Shown: positions 31,989-32,000 of the stretch, piece by piece
Layout: each line of letters starts with the position of its first letter
Position numbering within the stretch: position 1 is the first letter of the stretch
NCBI GenBank assembly: GCA_016700375.1
Contig: CP065016.1
Location: 900,001 to 932,000 of the forward strand
DNA length: 32,000 bases
Reading direction: 5' to 3'
Source: Candidatus Saccharimonadota bacterium
GTDB lineage: Bacteria; Patescibacteriota; Saccharimonadia; Saccharimonadales; UBA4665
Notes under the pieces: model-generated
The model's database searches: none
Told to the model about the DNA's origin: nothing
What the model saw: only the letters and a program-made list of their open reading frames with translations
Program-made: the position numbers and the translations under genes

Positions 31989-32000
31989 GTGGCCAAGTCA
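31989..32000 (+). CDS. dnaK: possible 5' end of dnaK (partial, runs off the window)
   Basis: GTG GCC AAG TCA (M-A-K-S) two nt after the grpE stop. Expected from the hrcA-grpE-dnaK operon order, but only 4 codons are visible. Confidence 0.3.

Overview
Gene-dense 32-kb chromosomal window with about 30 credible CDSs, one tRNA and two insertion sequences. It uses the standard genetic code, and GC looks near 50% by eye. The housekeeping backbone is tilS, a MacB-type ABC pair, ftsH, murJ, lepA, bcp, a guanylate-kinase-like gene and a CIRCE-controlled hrcA-(two small ORFs)-grpE-(dnaK start) operon. An envelope block holds a G5/Excalibur surface protein, an LCP ligase, a GT4 glycosyltransferase and membrane orphans. 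Short HrcA, TilS and GrpE, many membrane-anchored orphans and a soluble TraD/VirD4-like ATPase suggest a reduced-genome monoderm lineage such as Patescibacteria/Saccharibacteria; this is inference only. Most notable observations: (1) two heptanucleotide tandem arrays sit inside the tilS reading frame. (2) Promoters are strikingly uniform, with a -10 box 6-11 nt before the start codon of most first genes, implying leaderless mRNAs; this includes two palindromic bidirectional GTATAATTATA promoters. (3) Two large gene-free intervals stand out: 3952-4648 has a near-consensus orphan promoter, a G-poor ACAAAAC-repeat tract and a terminator, and 29619-30103 carries ten different perfect hairpins. (4) An IS3-family element splits a small lepA-coupled ORF; removing it restores the frame with a 3-bp target duplication. 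(5) An IS30-family element sits exactly between the last sense codon and the stop codon of a histidine phosphatase gene. (6) An orphan 862-aa TraD/VirD4-like P-loop ATPase carries an uncharacterised ~380-aa N-terminal domain. I cannot name one clearly new multi-gene system with confidence; the ATPase locus and the two structured non-coding intervals are the best candidates.
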